Origin: Marinicella sp.
Lineage (GTDB): Bacteria > Pseudomonadota > Gammaproteobacteria > Xanthomonadales > Marinicellaceae
Direction of reading: 5' to 3'
DNA: 64,000 bases
Assembly (NCBI GenBank): GCA_965230295.1
Contig: OZ246001.1
Coordinates: 1,216,001 to 1,280,000, forward strand
Made by a program: the position numbers and the translations under genes. Below are positions 19,767-29,510 of the stretch, in pieces; within the stretch, counting starts at the first letter, position 1, and each line of letters opens with the position of its first letter. The notes under the pieces are model-generated. The model searched no databases. It saw only the letters and a list, made by a program, of their open reading frames with translations, and was not told the origin of the DNA.

Positions 19767-20063
19767 TTAGTCATGTGGACAATTACAATGGTTTAAGCAG
19801 CGATTGAAAATATTGCGGCAGGCCTCCCTTTTAAATTGGTCATTTCCTGCAATATCCAAGCAACCTACATAGGAGTTAAAGCAACCTGTCTCACAGGTGG
19901 CGATGCTATTGGTGGTCGTGATGTTACTGCTTGTTATCAGAGTAGTTTGCTGAGGTGCTTTATTGGACAGAAACTCATCAAATGCCGTGTAGCTGTTATT
20001 CTGCTGAGCTGCAGCTGAACCAATAGCGAATAAGATGTAACACATCAATAATATTTTTTTCAT
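19767..20063 (-). CDS. small secreted cysteine-rich protein
   Basis: Signal peptide; C-terminal CxxxC..C...C..CxxxCxC; GAGGA RBS. Confidence 0.65.
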   Translation of the reverse strand: MKKILLMCYILFAIGSAAAQQNNSYTAFDEFLSNKAPQQTTLITSSNITTTNSIATCETGCFNSYVGCLDIAGNDQFKREACRNIFNRCLNHCNCPHD

Positions 20064-20380
20064 GGATCTTCCTCATTGTAGTTAATAATAAAAATGGTCA
20101 ATATCAATTGACAACGCTCCCAGCAGCATACTTTCGTGGTACTGCCAGTGCTTTTCAGTTTATAAGCGATCAACCGTCAAGAGTTAGATCAAAAAAGGAC
20201 AGGAAAGCGCAAAATGGCGACATATTTATGAACTATTCGGTCAGCAACTGAAAATTTAAGGACAACAGTTTGGTCTAAACCATGGCATAAATCACATTTT
20301 CTTACACCATGGTCAGAAAACAACTGCTGTCAAAATGTCAGGTAAACAATACACTGACAACTTTATCTGACAATATAATC

Positions 20381-20481
20381 ATGACCAAACTGGCGGTGGT
20401 GTTATCCAGGGCTGAATTTGGGGTGCAAGCACCGCAGGTTCGGGTGGAAGTACACATTTCTCGGGGCTTACCCGCATTGAA
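20381..20481 (+). pseudogene. duplicated 5' fragment (101 bp) of comM
   Basis: Matches 23485-23585 with 2 synonymous mismatches; the frame runs into TAA at 20503. Confidence 0.9.
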
Positions 20482-23400
20482 TAATATAGGGTACATTAAT
20501 TAAACTTGTTGCAACAGATTGAATCAACCACAACAAGTTGATCTTGTGGTCTATTAAATTTTTCACAGATTAAGTATTCATAGAAGTTTCATTCTCTGAT
20601 AGTAATGGTATTAACTGTAAGGAATAAATCAGGAGTTCGTCAGGTATATAGAATTTTTTTTAACTAATATTTGGTAATACGCGTACAAGGAATTTTTTAG
20701 GAACAAATGGATGAACACCATGAAATTTTTATTACCAATAATAACAATTTTCTTATTTTCAAACAGCAATGCGGCTTCGATGGATGATTTTGTCATTACT
20801 GTAAATACTGGCATTAATGATGATGGCTCTTCACAGTTTTCAATCTACACCAACCCAAGCTACCAATACAATTTTAATGTAGATTGTAACAATGACGGCA
20901 TAAATGAAGCTGAAAATCAAACCACGGACTTTACATGCCAGTATGAAAGTTTTGGGGGGCCTGGGATTTATACCATCAGGATAAAGGACAATGTTGGCGA
21001 TGGTACTGGGTTTCCTCATTTTTGTTTTTGCGCTGAAACAATTTCCGAATACGCTAGTATAAAAAACGCAATAAAAATAATTTCTTTAGACCAGTGGGGT
21101 ACTGGACAATGGAAGAGTATGCAAAGGGCTTTTCGAAATGCTCTAAATATGGTCATATTGGCAACTGATAAACCCAACTTAACTCAAACTACTGATTTAA
21201 CAGAAATGTTTTTACTTGCTAATTTAGCAGATCCAAATGTTAAATTCTGGAATGTATCTTCAATAACTGACATGAGCAGTATGTTCGCATTTGCTAAATC
21301 AGCAAACCCTGATGTGAGTAACTGGGATGTATCATCCGTTATTGATATGTCATGGATGTTTGCATGGTCAAATGCAAATCCTGATGTGAGTAAATGGGAT
21401 GTGTCATCAGTAACAAACATGGATGCTATGTTCTGGAAAGCTCAATCTGCAAACCCTGATGTGAGTAAATGGGATGTGTCTTCTGTAACAGACATGTCTT
21501 TGATGTTCGCACATACTAATGCCGACCCTGATGTCAGTGATTGGGATGTGTCATCAGTAAAATCAATGTATGCAATGTTCGAGGAAGCTGAATATGCAGC
21601 CCCTGATGTAACTAATTGGGACGTTTCTTCCGTAAATTATATGACTGGAATGTTTTATGGCACTGACTCTACCAACCTAGATGTGAGCAAATGGGATGTA
21701 TCTTCTGTAACCAATATGGGTTTTATGTTTGCACATACTAATGCCGATCCTGATGTCAGTGATTGGGATGTGTCTTCAGTAACAGGCATGGGTGAAATGT
21801 TCTCTGGAGCCGAATCTGCTAATCCTGATGTGAGTGATTGGGATGTGTCTTCTGTCAATAGCATGTTCAGGATGTTCTCTGATGCCGAATCAGCTACACC
21901 AAATATTACTAATTGGCAAATCAGCAATACGGTTAATATGAGAGAAATGTTTACAGGAATTGCACTGCCGCCGCGCCTGTATGATCAAGTCTTGATGAGT
22001 TTCAGACATCAGTCATTACAAAGCGATGTTACATTTGGTGCTGGAAATTCTTATTACTGCCAAGCCGCAATTGCCAGAAACATAATCCGCAACACTTACA
22101 ACTGGGATATTACTGACAGTGGATTCAACTGTGGTTCTGATGTTGCAATCGAATTTGGCTCACATGATGTAAACGCTGAACTTAACCAACTAAAACTGTA
22201 CACAAAAAATATTGGTTATCAAGATGAAAGTCATATCGCAGTAGCAACGGAATTCTCTGATAATTTCAGCAATTTATCATGGGTATGTGAGGTATCGGAA
22301 GGTTCTGCAACCTGCCCTGAAAACAATGGGACTGGCGATTTAATTGAGTTTTTAGATTTAAGAGTAGGTGATGAGTTGATGTTTACTTTTCAATTTGAAA
22401 TCAATGGCTCTGGAGGTGGTTTGGATGCTATAGCAAGTATCACACTCAACACGCCTACAGATGACATCTACACTCGAAACAATCAAGACAATATCAACTT
22501 AGTCATATCATCGAATCATTCAGGTTCATGGTACGATCCAGATACACCCGGACATGGTATTTTTTTGGAACGGCTGGATGAAAACACGAATCAAAATGAT
22601 CGTCTGAACATGTATTGGTTTACTCATCATGAGTCAGAACCTGTTTGGATGGGTGGGGTTGGAGCAATCATCGAAAACGAACCTGTTATCATTGACTTAC
22701 ACATAACAGATGGCACTGACTTTCCACCTCATTTCAATGCCAATGAAGTAGACTTAAATGAATGGGGACAAGTTACTTTAGATTTTGAAACCCCACATTC
22801 AATGAGAATGGATTGGTCAGCAGATGCTTCTGAATATGGTACAGGATCCATAAATCTTACTCGTTTGTCAGAAGTTTCTGATTCATCAAAAGGTTGCTTC
22901 AGCGGATCATTTTATGATCCTGATCAATCGGGTCACGGCCTGTTTATTCATATCACTAATAACAATGGCCAAGATCAAATCAATGTGGCTTGGTTTGTTT
23001 ATCATGAAGGACAACAATTCTGGTTAGTCGGCTCTGGCATATTAAACAACGACAACCATTCGTTAGTAACATTAAACCAACTTTCTGGTGCCTCCTTTTT
23101 TGATCCGACGGCTATTGATGGGTGGACATTGAATCAAGATGATTTGATAAGCAGTGAATGGGGGACGCTATCTTTATCCTATATTGACCCAAATAATATG
23201 ACTGTTGAATACTTGCCTAATGACACCAATCAATTTGAAAGTGGGGAAATCAACATGACTCGCCTGACTGAAATCAAGGGACATAAGTGTCAATGACTTT
23301 TTTTGATCGTGATTTATTGACTGGATATTACGTCACAGAAAAATCAAAGCATAACTAACAAAATGACAATTGATACTCAATAAACCAATAACAGTCAATT

Positions 23401-23484
23401 TTCTCTGACACACAGGTAAGAAATTCATCATAGCATTTTGATAACACCACACCTACACTGTCATTTTGTTCAACGGAATGAATT
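20482..23484. mobile_element. AT-rich inserted island between the comM 5' duplications (no integrase visible)
   Basis: Flanking 101-bp direct repeat; visible compositional shift; single cargo gene. Confidence 0.55.
20711..23296 (+). CDS. DUF285/BspA-like repeat surface protein
   Basis: Signal peptide; about 10 repeats of PDVSxWDVSSVxxMxxMF; duplicated C-terminal SGxxYDPxxxGHG domain. Confidence 0.88.
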   Translation: MNTMKFLLPIITIFLFSNSNAASMDDFVITVNTGINDDGSSQFSIYTNPSYQYNFNVDCNNDGINEAENQTTDFTCQYESFGGPGIYTIRIKDNVGDGTGFPHFCFCAETISEYASIKNAIKIISLDQWGTGQWKSMQRAFRNALNMVILATDKPNLTQTTDLTEMFLLANLADPNVKFWNVSSITDMSSMFAFAKSANPDVSNWDVSSVIDMSWMFAWSNANPDVSKWDVSSVTNMDAMFWKAQSANPDVSKWDVSSVTDMSLMFAHTNADPDVSDWDVSSVKSMYAMFEEAEYAAPDVTNWDVSSVNYMTGMFYGTDSTNLDVSKWDVSSVTNMGFMFAHTNADPDVSDWDVSSVTGMGEMFSGAESANPDVSDWDVSSVNSMFRMFSDAESATPNITNWQISNTVNMREMFTGIALPPRLYDQVLMSFRHQSLQSDVTFGAGNSYYCQAAIARNIIRNTYNWDITDSGFNCGSDVAIEFGSHDVNAELNQLKLYTKNIGYQDESHIAVATEFSDNFSNLSWVCEVSEGSATCPENNGTGDLIEFLDLRVGDELMFTFQFEINGSGGGLDAIASITLNTPTDDIYTRNNQDNINLVISSNHSGSWYDPDTPGHGIFLERLDENTNQNDRLNMYWFTHHESEPVWMGGVGAIIENEPVIIDLHITDGTDFPPHFNANEVDLNEWGQVTLDFETPHSMRMDWSADASEYGTGSINLTRLSEVSDSSKGCFSGSFYDPDQSGHGLFIHITNNNGQDQINVAWFVYHEGQQFWLVGSGILNNDNHSLVTLNQLSGASFFDPTAIDGWTLNQDDLISSEWGTLSLSYIDPNNMTVEYLPNDTNQFESGEINMTRLTEIKGHKCQ

Positions 23485-24993
23485 ATGACCAAACTGGCAG
23501 TGGTGTTATCCAGGGCTGAATTTGGGGTGCAAGCACCTCAGGTTCGGGTGGAAGTACACATTTCTCGGGGCTTACCCGCATTGAACATTGTTGGCATGCC
23601 GGAAACTGCTGTCAAGGAATCCAAAGACCGGGTGCGGGCAGCCATCATGAATTCAGGTTATGAATTTCCCATGCACCGCATCACCATCAACCTGTCCCCA
23701 GCCGACATCCCCAAGCAAGGTGGCCGTTATGACCTACCCATTGCCGTTGGGGTATTGGCTGCATCTGGGCAGTTACAACGGGATCAATTGTTGGATGTAG
23801 AGTTGGTCGGTGAGCTGGCACTGGGTGGTGACCTCAGGCCCATTCGAGGTATTTTGCCGGTGGTCAGTGCGGTGGCTGAAACCGGCCGCAGCCTGGTATG
23901 TCCGGTTGATAATGGTGTTGAAGCCGCGCTGGTCCAGTCTTGTGATTGCATGCTGGCCAATAATTTGTTGGAAGTGTGCGCCTGGCTGGATGCGGTGGAT
24001 GAATTGCCCAGGGCGGCCATCAAGCAACAAACCAGCCCGTACAACTGCCCTGACCTGATCGATGTCAAAGGTCAGGAACAAGCCAAACGGGCTTTGGTGA
24101 TTGCCGCAGCTGGAAAACACAACCTGCTGTTTTATGGGCCACCTGGCACCGGAAAAACCATGTTGGCCAGTCGCCTGCCGGGCATTTTGCCTGATCTGAC
24201 AGAAGCCGAAGCTTTGGAAACGGCTTCGGTGGCATCGATCAGTGCCCAAGGATTCGACCCTGCTTGTTGGAGCCAACCGCCTTTTAGGGCGCCACACCAC
24301 ACGGCATCGGCACCTGCTTTGGTCGGTGGCGGTTCGAATCCCATGCCTGGCGAAATTTCTTTGGCCCAGAACGGCGTGTTATTTCTGGATGAATTACCTG
24401 AGTTTTCCAGGCATGTGTTGGAAGTGTTGCGAGAACCTTTGGAATCAGGTCGAATCATCATATCAAGGGCAGCCAGAACCGCCGAATTTCCAGCGCGATT
24501 CCAGTTGTTGGCCAGCTTGAACCCTTGCCCCTGTGGGTATTTTGGCGATCCGGACCGTTCTTGCGCCTGTTCTGTGGGCCAAATCCAAAACTACCGCAAC
24601 CGCATCTCGGGGCCACTGCTTGACCGCATCGATTTACAAGTGGAAGTGCCACGCATACCACATCAAGTATTGCGCACGAAAAACCCAGCAGGAAGCAACA
24701 GCCAATCCATCAAACAACAAGTGGTTAACAGCCGTCACATTCAATTGCAAAGGAATCAGGGAAAAAGCAATGCCCAACTTGAAGGCAAGGAAATTGAAAA
24801 GTTCATTCCATTAAATGGAGAACTGCTGGATTTTTTATCGCAAGTTGTCGACCAATTGCGATTATCAGCACGTGCCTATCACCGCATCATTAAAGTGAGT
24901 CGCACCATTGCTGATTTGTCAGGCAGTGAACGGGTACAACAAAAGCATTTGGCTGAGGCCATCAGTTTCAGAGGCTTTGATCGCACCCGCTGA
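23485..24993 (+). CDS. comM: YifB family Mg-chelatase-like AAA ATPase / ComM
   Basis: GPPGTGKT, FRAPHH, LFLDELPEF, NPCPCG, SARAYHR. Confidence 0.95.
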   Translation: MTKLAVVLSRAEFGVQAPQVRVEVHISRGLPALNIVGMPETAVKESKDRVRAAIMNSGYEFPMHRITINLSPADIPKQGGRYDLPIAVGVLAASGQLQRDQLLDVELVGELALGGDLRPIRGILPVVSAVAETGRSLVCPVDNGVEAALVQSCDCMLANNLLEVCAWLDAVDELPRAAIKQQTSPYNCPDLIDVKGQEQAKRALVIAAAGKHNLLFYGPPGTGKTMLASRLPGILPDLTEAEALETASVASISAQGFDPACWSQPPFRAPHHTASAPALVGGGSNPMPGEISLAQNGVLFLDELPEFSRHVLEVLREPLESGRIIISRAARTAEFPARFQLLASLNPCPCGYFGDPDRSCACSVGQIQNYRNRISGPLLDRIDLQVEVPRIPHQVLRTKNPAGSNSQSIKQQVVNSRHIQLQRNQGKSNAQLEGKEIEKFIPLNGELLDFLSQVVDQLRLSARAYHRIIKVSRTIADLSGSERVQQKHLAEAISFRGFDRTR

Positions 24994-24998
24994 TACCA

Positions 24999-25682
24999 TC
25001 AGAAGTGGATGTTTATACCCACACTGAATTGGGCCAAATCCTGATCAATGCGAGCACGGTAATCATCAACCATAAATTCCGCATTATCGATCAGCAACAC
25101 ACTTTTCTTACCAAAGTCTGTGTAATTGTATTCAGCAAACCATGAGTAAGTTTGGCTGATTCGGTACTCATAACCAAGACCCAATGTGTAACCATCGCGG
25201 CTGGTACTCTTTTGGAAAGCCAAAACCGGAGGCGATGGATCGTCATCATTATAGAGGCTGGATGCCTGTGTGTAACCCAGGTTTCCGTAGACCATGCTTT
25301 TATCAGACAATTTGAAACCGACTTTACCAATCAGTGAAATCACATCATCAGTTTGGTAAGAAACAAAGTTATCAAGTCCGGTGCCACCAATATACAGGTG
25401 TCTGGCATTGATGGTGTGATCGGTGGCAACCAATTTCGCACCCAAGACCCACTCTTGATCTTCATAAAAGTTACAACCCAACTGTGCGCCTATGGAAGTG
25501 TCATCACCACTGGCCGATCCGGCGCTGGCGTTTATGGGGTCATCTTGGAAAAACAGTGTTTCCCATTGATGGTCACCATCCACAAAACTGGCTTGCAGGC
25601 CAAAAAAACAGCCTTTAAAATTGTCTTGGGCGTTTACATTCAAAGCCGTCATTCCTAGGGCCAATAAGATTATTTTTTTCAT
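24999..25682 (-). CDS. outer-membrane beta-barrel protein (OmpA/Omp25-like)
   Basis: Signal peptide, GYTLGLGYEY, AEYNYTDFG, terminal Phe. Confidence 0.85.
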   Translation of the reverse strand: MKKIILLALGMTALNVNAQDNFKGCFFGLQASFVDGDHQWETLFFQDDPINASAGSASGDDTSIGAQLGCNFYEDQEWVLGAKLVATDHTINARHLYIGGTGLDNFVSYQTDDVISLIGKVGFKLSDKSMVYGNLGYTQASSLYNDDDPSPPVLAFQKSTSRDGYTLGLGYEYRISQTYSWFAEYNYTDFGKKSVLLIDNAEFMVDDYRARIDQDLAQFSVGINIHF

Positions 25683-25973
25683 CTTTTATTAAATCCAATT
25701 TACTTAAGAAATGTTGATTATACTGAAATCAATAAATCAAAGAAAAGCACAAAACGTTGCAATAATGTATCAATTTGTAACAGAAATGGCCTTAAAAACT
25801 GTAATTCCTATGGATATAACGAATATATAACACTTAAGAAGGGTTGTTCTTGGGGCCGCAAGAATTTCACCCTCGCACGCACTGCGGCATTCACATAAGG
25901 CCACTTGACTTGGTCAAACCACCATATGCTCATTGGCTATTCTCTTCGCCTCTGATTCGAAGTGCTTGGTATT

Positions 25974-26084
25974 TCACAGCACCCATTTAATGACTGAACT
26001 GATCGTCAACAACACCACCACACCACCCAACCACAATAGACCAAACCACAACCACTGCTTTTGTTTATCACTTAATTTCATCAT
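25974..26084 (-). CDS. small membrane protein downstream of cydB (DUF2474-like)
   Basis: Manual translation MMKLSDKQKQWLWFGLLWLGGVVVLLTISSVIKWVL*; starts 4 nt after the cydB stop; below the ORF-track cutoff. Confidence 0.75.
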   Translation of the reverse strand: MMKLSDKQKQWLWFGLLWLGGVVVLLTISSVIKWVL

Positions 26085-26088
26085 GGAA

Positions 26089-27093
26089 TCAATGGTAACT
26101 GTCTTCGTTGCTCACTTTACCGCGGAAGACCCAATAAGAATAGGCCGTATAAGCAATGATGGTGGGAATCAACACCCCTGCTCCAACCAATAAAAATTTC
26201 AAACTCGAATCAGGTGAAGCAGCCTCCCAAATATCAATCGAAGGCGGTACTATCTGTGGGTAGAAACTGATACATAACCCAAAAAAGCTCAACGCAAATA
26301 ATCCAATGGACAGTAAAAATGGAGCCAACTCTCGTCCTGTTTTGATCGCTCTGAGTAACCACAGACCCAGGCCTAATGTGATGATAGGCACGGGTGATAA
26401 GTACCAATAGTTTGGGTACTCAAACCAACGATTCATATAAGAGGCTTGCTTAAAAACCATCCAGATGCTTACCACCACTATCATCAGTCCCAAAGCCATG
26501 GCCAAGATAAAAGCCACTTTTTGACTGTATTGCTGTAAATCATCTTCGGTCTTGTAGATTAACCAACAGGCTCCCAATAGCGCATAGCCAATAATCACGG
26601 CAACCCCTGTCATCATACTGAATGGGGTCAACCAATCCCACCAACCACCGGCATAGGCCCGTTCCGCCACAACCACGCCTTGGACCAGAGCTCCTAGAGC
26701 GATGCCCTGAGTTAATGCGGCCACCAATGAACCCAAGGTAAAACCCAAATCCCAGCGCCTCTTTCCTGCTTCCGTCTCAGCTCGCCACCTGAATTCAAAA
26801 GCCACACCTCTGAATATCAAAGCCAACAACATCAAGATCAATGGCACATACAATGCCGGCATGATGATGGCAAATGCCAATGGAAAAGTCGCATAAAGCC
26901 CACCGCCCCCGAGTACCAACCAGGTTTCATTGCCATCCCAAAATGGGGCAATTGAATTCATTGCAGTGGCTTTATGTTCCTGTTGTTTAATGAATGGAAA
27001 CAACACACCTATGCCCAAATCAAATCCATCCAACACCACATATGCAAACACAGCAAATGCCATCAAACCAGCCCAAATCAACACATAATCCAT
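26089..27093 (-). CDS. cydB: cytochrome bd ubiquinol oxidase subunit II (CioB type)
   Basis: LDGFDLG, PFWDGNETWL, RGVAFEFR. Confidence 0.95.
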   Translation of the reverse strand: MDYVLIWAGLMAFAVFAYVVLDGFDLGIGVLFPFIKQQEHKATAMNSIAPFWDGNETWLVLGGGGLYATFPLAFAIIMPALYVPLILMLLALIFRGVAFEFRWRAETEAGKRRWDLGFTLGSLVAALTQGIALGALVQGVVVAERAYAGGWWDWLTPFSMMTGVAVIIGYALLGACWLIYKTEDDLQQYSQKVAFILAMALGLMIVVVSIWMVFKQASYMNRWFEYPNYWYLSPVPIITLGLGLWLLRAIKTGRELAPFLLSIGLFALSFFGLCISFYPQIVPPSIDIWEAASPDSSLKFLLVGAGVLIPTIIAYTAYSYWVFRGKVSNEDSYH

Positions 27094-27094
27094 T

Positions 27095-28495
27095 TCACTT
27101 CTCCTCTTCAATCAAACCTTGAATTGGCGTGATACCAGCCGCTTTTCGAGGCAGGCCCAGCTTGATGTCCCGTTCATTGAGGCTCGGTGTACGTTGAAAG
27201 AGTTTGAACAAATAATAAATTCCAGCACCAAAAACCACAAAATAAACCACCACAAAAACCAACAAAGATGCATTCACAGCCGGTGCATCCAATGGCGAAA
27301 CTGAATCAATGGTTCTCAATAGTCCATAGACTGTGTAGGGTTGTCGGCCCACCTCTGTGGTGATCCAGCCAGCCAATATGGCCAATGATCCACTGGGCGC
27401 CATCAAAACGGCCACCCGCTGCAACCATGTAGAATCATAGAGCTTACTTCTGATGCGGGCTATCAAAGACCACAACCCAACCAAAGCCATGGCAAAACCT
27501 ATGGCCACCATCACCCTGAATGACCAAAACACCAAGGGCACATTGGGCCAATCTTCTTCCGGAAAAGCATCCAAACCCGGTAAATATCCATCCGGATCAT
27601 GGGTCAATATCAAACTACCTAATTTGGGTACGGCCACTTTTCCATGGATTGTTTTTTCTTCAGCATCTGGCCAACCGAATAAGATCAATGGTGCGCCATT
27701 TTGACTTTCAAAATGACCTTCCATGGCCGCAATTTTCATCGGCTGGTGTTTCAGGGTGTTGAGCCCATGTAAGTCGCCTGCCACAATTTGGATGGGGGCC
27801 ACAATCAATGCCATCCACATGGCCATTGAAAACATCAGTTTCGCCGCAGAATTGGTCCTGTCCTTCAACAAGTGCCAAGCTGACACACCGCCAACCAAAA
27901 AAGCTGTGGTCAGAAATGCCGCCAACATCATGTGGACAAAACGATAAGGAAAAGATGGATTAAACACCACTTGCCACCAGTCCACTGCAATGAATTGACC
28001 CACATCGTTGATCGCATAGCCAGCAGGTGTTTGCATCCAAGAATTTACCGATAGGATCCAAAATCCTGAGATCATGGTACCTACTGCCACCATGACAGTG
28101 GCAAAGAAATGCAGTTTTCGGCCAACTCGGTTTGAGCCGAATAACATCACACCCAAAAAACCGGCTTCTAAGAAAAAAGCCGTTAGGACTTCGTAACCCA
28201 TCAGTGGTCCCAATATAGGCCCGGTCTTATCAGAAAAGACGCTCCAGTTTGTCCCAATCTGGTAACTCATGACAATCCCGGAAACGACACCCATACCAAA
28301 AACCACAGCAAAAATCTTGATCCAATAACGCCAAATCCTCCGATAGATGTCTCTTTGAGTCTTTAACCACAAACCCTGTAAGACCATTAGATACCAGACC
28401 AGGCCAATCGAAATAGCAGGGAAAATGATGTGAAAAGCAATGGTGAAAGCGAACTGCAAACGGGCGGCCAAAACCGCATCAAACAACTCAAACAT
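27095..28495 (-). CDS. cydA: cytochrome bd ubiquinol oxidase subunit I (short Q-loop, CioA type)
   Basis: [39 protein letters not shown]. Confidence 0.95.
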   Translation of the reverse strand: MFELFDAVLAARLQFAFTIAFHIIFPAISIGLVWYLMVLQGLWLKTQRDIYRRIWRYWIKIFAVVFGMGVVSGIVMSYQIGTNWSVFSDKTGPILGPLMGYEVLTAFFLEAGFLGVMLFGSNRVGRKLHFFATVMVAVGTMISGFWILSVNSWMQTPAGYAINDVGQFIAVDWWQVVFNPSFPYRFVHMMLAAFLTTAFLVGGVSAWHLLKDRTNSAAKLMFSMAMWMALIVAPIQIVAGDLHGLNTLKHQPMKIAAMEGHFESQNGAPLILFGWPDAEEKTIHGKVAVPKLGSLILTHDPDGYLPGLDAFPEEDWPNVPLVFWSFRVMVAIGFAMALVGLWSLIARIRSKLYDSTWLQRVAVLMAPSGSLAILAGWITTEVGRQPYTVYGLLRTIDSVSPLDAPAVNASLLVFVVVYFVVFGAGIYYLFKLFQRTPSLNERDIKLGLPRKAAGITPIQGLIEEEK

Positions 28496-28817
28496 CAATG
28501 TGCTCCAGAGGTGAGTAAGGTGTGCCTTATATGTGGCGTCAAGGTATGAATTTTTCAAGTCAAATTCATTCGAAAATCGAACTTCTGAAAATCTGATAAA
28601 CTTATGTATTTAAAACATATTTTTTACCTTTCCACCCAATGTATCTTATGCATTCAAAAAGATTTAAAATCACCAATGAAGTCTCTGAGTACAAAGCAGA
28701 TTAAATGTATCAGGAATAGGAATAATGAACATCATTGAAAATAAGCCTTGAAAAACATGTACATTGCTCTGCAGACCGTTATAATACGCGGCTTTTGAAC
28801 ATCGGATAGGATAAATC

Positions 28818-29366
28818 ATGTCTGTAAAACATATCCCTGTAGGTAATGATGTGCCTCATGACATCAATGTATTGATAGAAATTCCACGCAATGGCGAAGC
28901 CATTAAGTACGAAGTCGACAAAGACTCTGGCATGATTTTGGTTGATCGCGTGTTAAACACCGCATTCAGATACCCATGTAACTACGGTTTTGTACCTCAC
29001 ACCTTATGTGGTGATGGTGACCCTGTGGACGTCTGTGTGATCATGCCTGTTCCTTTGTTACCAGGTTCAGTGATCAAATGTCGCCCTGTTGGTGTGTTGA
29101 AAATGACCGATGAAAGTGGCGAAGATGCGAAAATCATCGCCGTACCGGTCAACAAAGTCAGCGGCTTATACCGCCACGTCAGCGATGTTCGCGATGTGAA
29201 TGCCGAAACTCTGGACAAAATCGCTCACTTTTTTGAGCACTATAAAGACCTGGAAAAAGGCAAGTGGGTTAAGATTGAAGGCTGGGGTGGTGTTGAAGAA
29301 GCCAAACAAGAAATCCTCGACTCAGTTAAAAACTACGAAGAAGCCGAAGAAAAACCACGCTTCTGA
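28818..29366 (+). CDS. ppa: inorganic pyrophosphatase
   Basis: KYEVDK, YPCNYG, DGDPVD, FFEHYKDLE. Confidence 0.97.
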   Translation: MSVKHIPVGNDVPHDINVLIEIPRNGEAIKYEVDKDSGMILVDRVLNTAFRYPCNYGFVPHTLCGDGDPVDVCVIMPVPLLPGSVIKCRPVGVLKMTDESGEDAKIIAVPVNKVSGLYRHVSDVRDVNAETLDKIAHFFEHYKDLEKGKWVKIEGWGGVEEAKQEILDSVKNYEEAEEKPRF

Positions 29367-29385
29367 CCAGTATCAACATGACAAG

Positions 29386-29414
29386 AAAACCCAGCTTCAA
29401 GCTGGGGTTTTTTT
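29386..29414 (+). terminator. rho-independent terminator
   Basis: cccagct-tca-agctggg stem followed by a T run after ppa. Confidence 0.85.
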
Positions 29415-29510
29415 GCCTTAATATAATCAGCCAACCGCTTAACCTTGTTCAATTAATAACAAAAAACAGGTGTAATGATTGATAACCAACCACCTGAATG
29501 ATATCTTCTT

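Noticed and set aside
20309-20503. 64-aa ORF as a real gene
   Set aside because: It is the duplicated comM 5' fragment plus flanking read-through
21230-21950. DUF285 DNA repeats as a CRISPR array or DGR template/variable repeats
   Set aside because: The repeats are in-frame protein repeats; no reverse transcriptase and no adenine-specific mismatch pattern seen
20482-23484. Prophage, ICE or IS
   Set aside because: No integrase, transposase, phage gene or terminal inverted repeat visible
25690-25970. Possible ncRNA or riboswitch upstream of the beta-barrel gene
   Set aside because: Only a short hairpin (ttcttg...caagaa); no recognisable family motif
28496-28817. FNR/Anr box upstream of cydA
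   Set aside because: No convincing TTGAT-N4-ATCAA match found
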